From Hydrolagus colliei (lineage: Eukaryota), in contig CM068757.1 in assembly GCA_035084275.1 (NCBI GenBank), forward strand, positions 7,192,001 through 7,256,000: a DNA stretch of 64,000 nt. The letters are read 5' to 3'. The notes under the pieces were generated by a model. It saw only the letters and a program-made list of their open reading frames with translations, had not been told where the DNA came from and did not search any database. Shown here piece after piece: positions 1 through 64,000 of this stretch; positions within the stretch are counted from its first letter, which is position 1; every line of letters begins with the position of its first letter. The translations under genes and the position numbers were made by a program.

Positions 1-84
1 TATTCCACTTCACCTGAGGAATAGAGTACGTTTGCTTTTGAGTGTTTGTCCTTTTAAAGAGATCCCTTTTTTTTCTTGTTTTAG

Positions 85-64000
<63,916 letters not shown>

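Overview
AT-rich vertebrate genomic DNA containing an internal ~64 kb part of SBF2 (MTMR13, SET-binding factor 2; myotubularin-family pseudophosphatase and DENN-domain GEF) on the + strand. I traced 24 phase-consistent core exons (85 to the window end) plus two frame-preserving cassette exons (55536-55637, 57060-57134). They cover the SBF2 domain, GRAM domain, inactive myotubularin domain and coiled coil; the DENN and PH exons lie outside the window. The introns carry a repeat set suggesting a cartilaginous fish, possibly a chimaera (inference): tRNA-derived SINEs with L2-type tails, DeuSINEs, Penelope inverted repeats, CR1/L2 ends, nested pogo/Tigger-like MITEs, and decayed DIRS, Gypsy and probable EnSpm relics. 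I found no convincing new multi-gene system, CRISPR array or true RNA gene. The best leads are splicing-related: a GC-AG intron, an unexplained very strong acceptor with a 173-nt AG-free zone leading into stop codons, a latent recursive 5' splice site, and two cassette exons. Also notable are a W-to-M change in the dead catalytic loop, a 38-bp templated insertion and a Penelope hairpin with decayed hammerhead cores. Comparisons to mammalian proteins and repeat families are from memory and need database confirmation.
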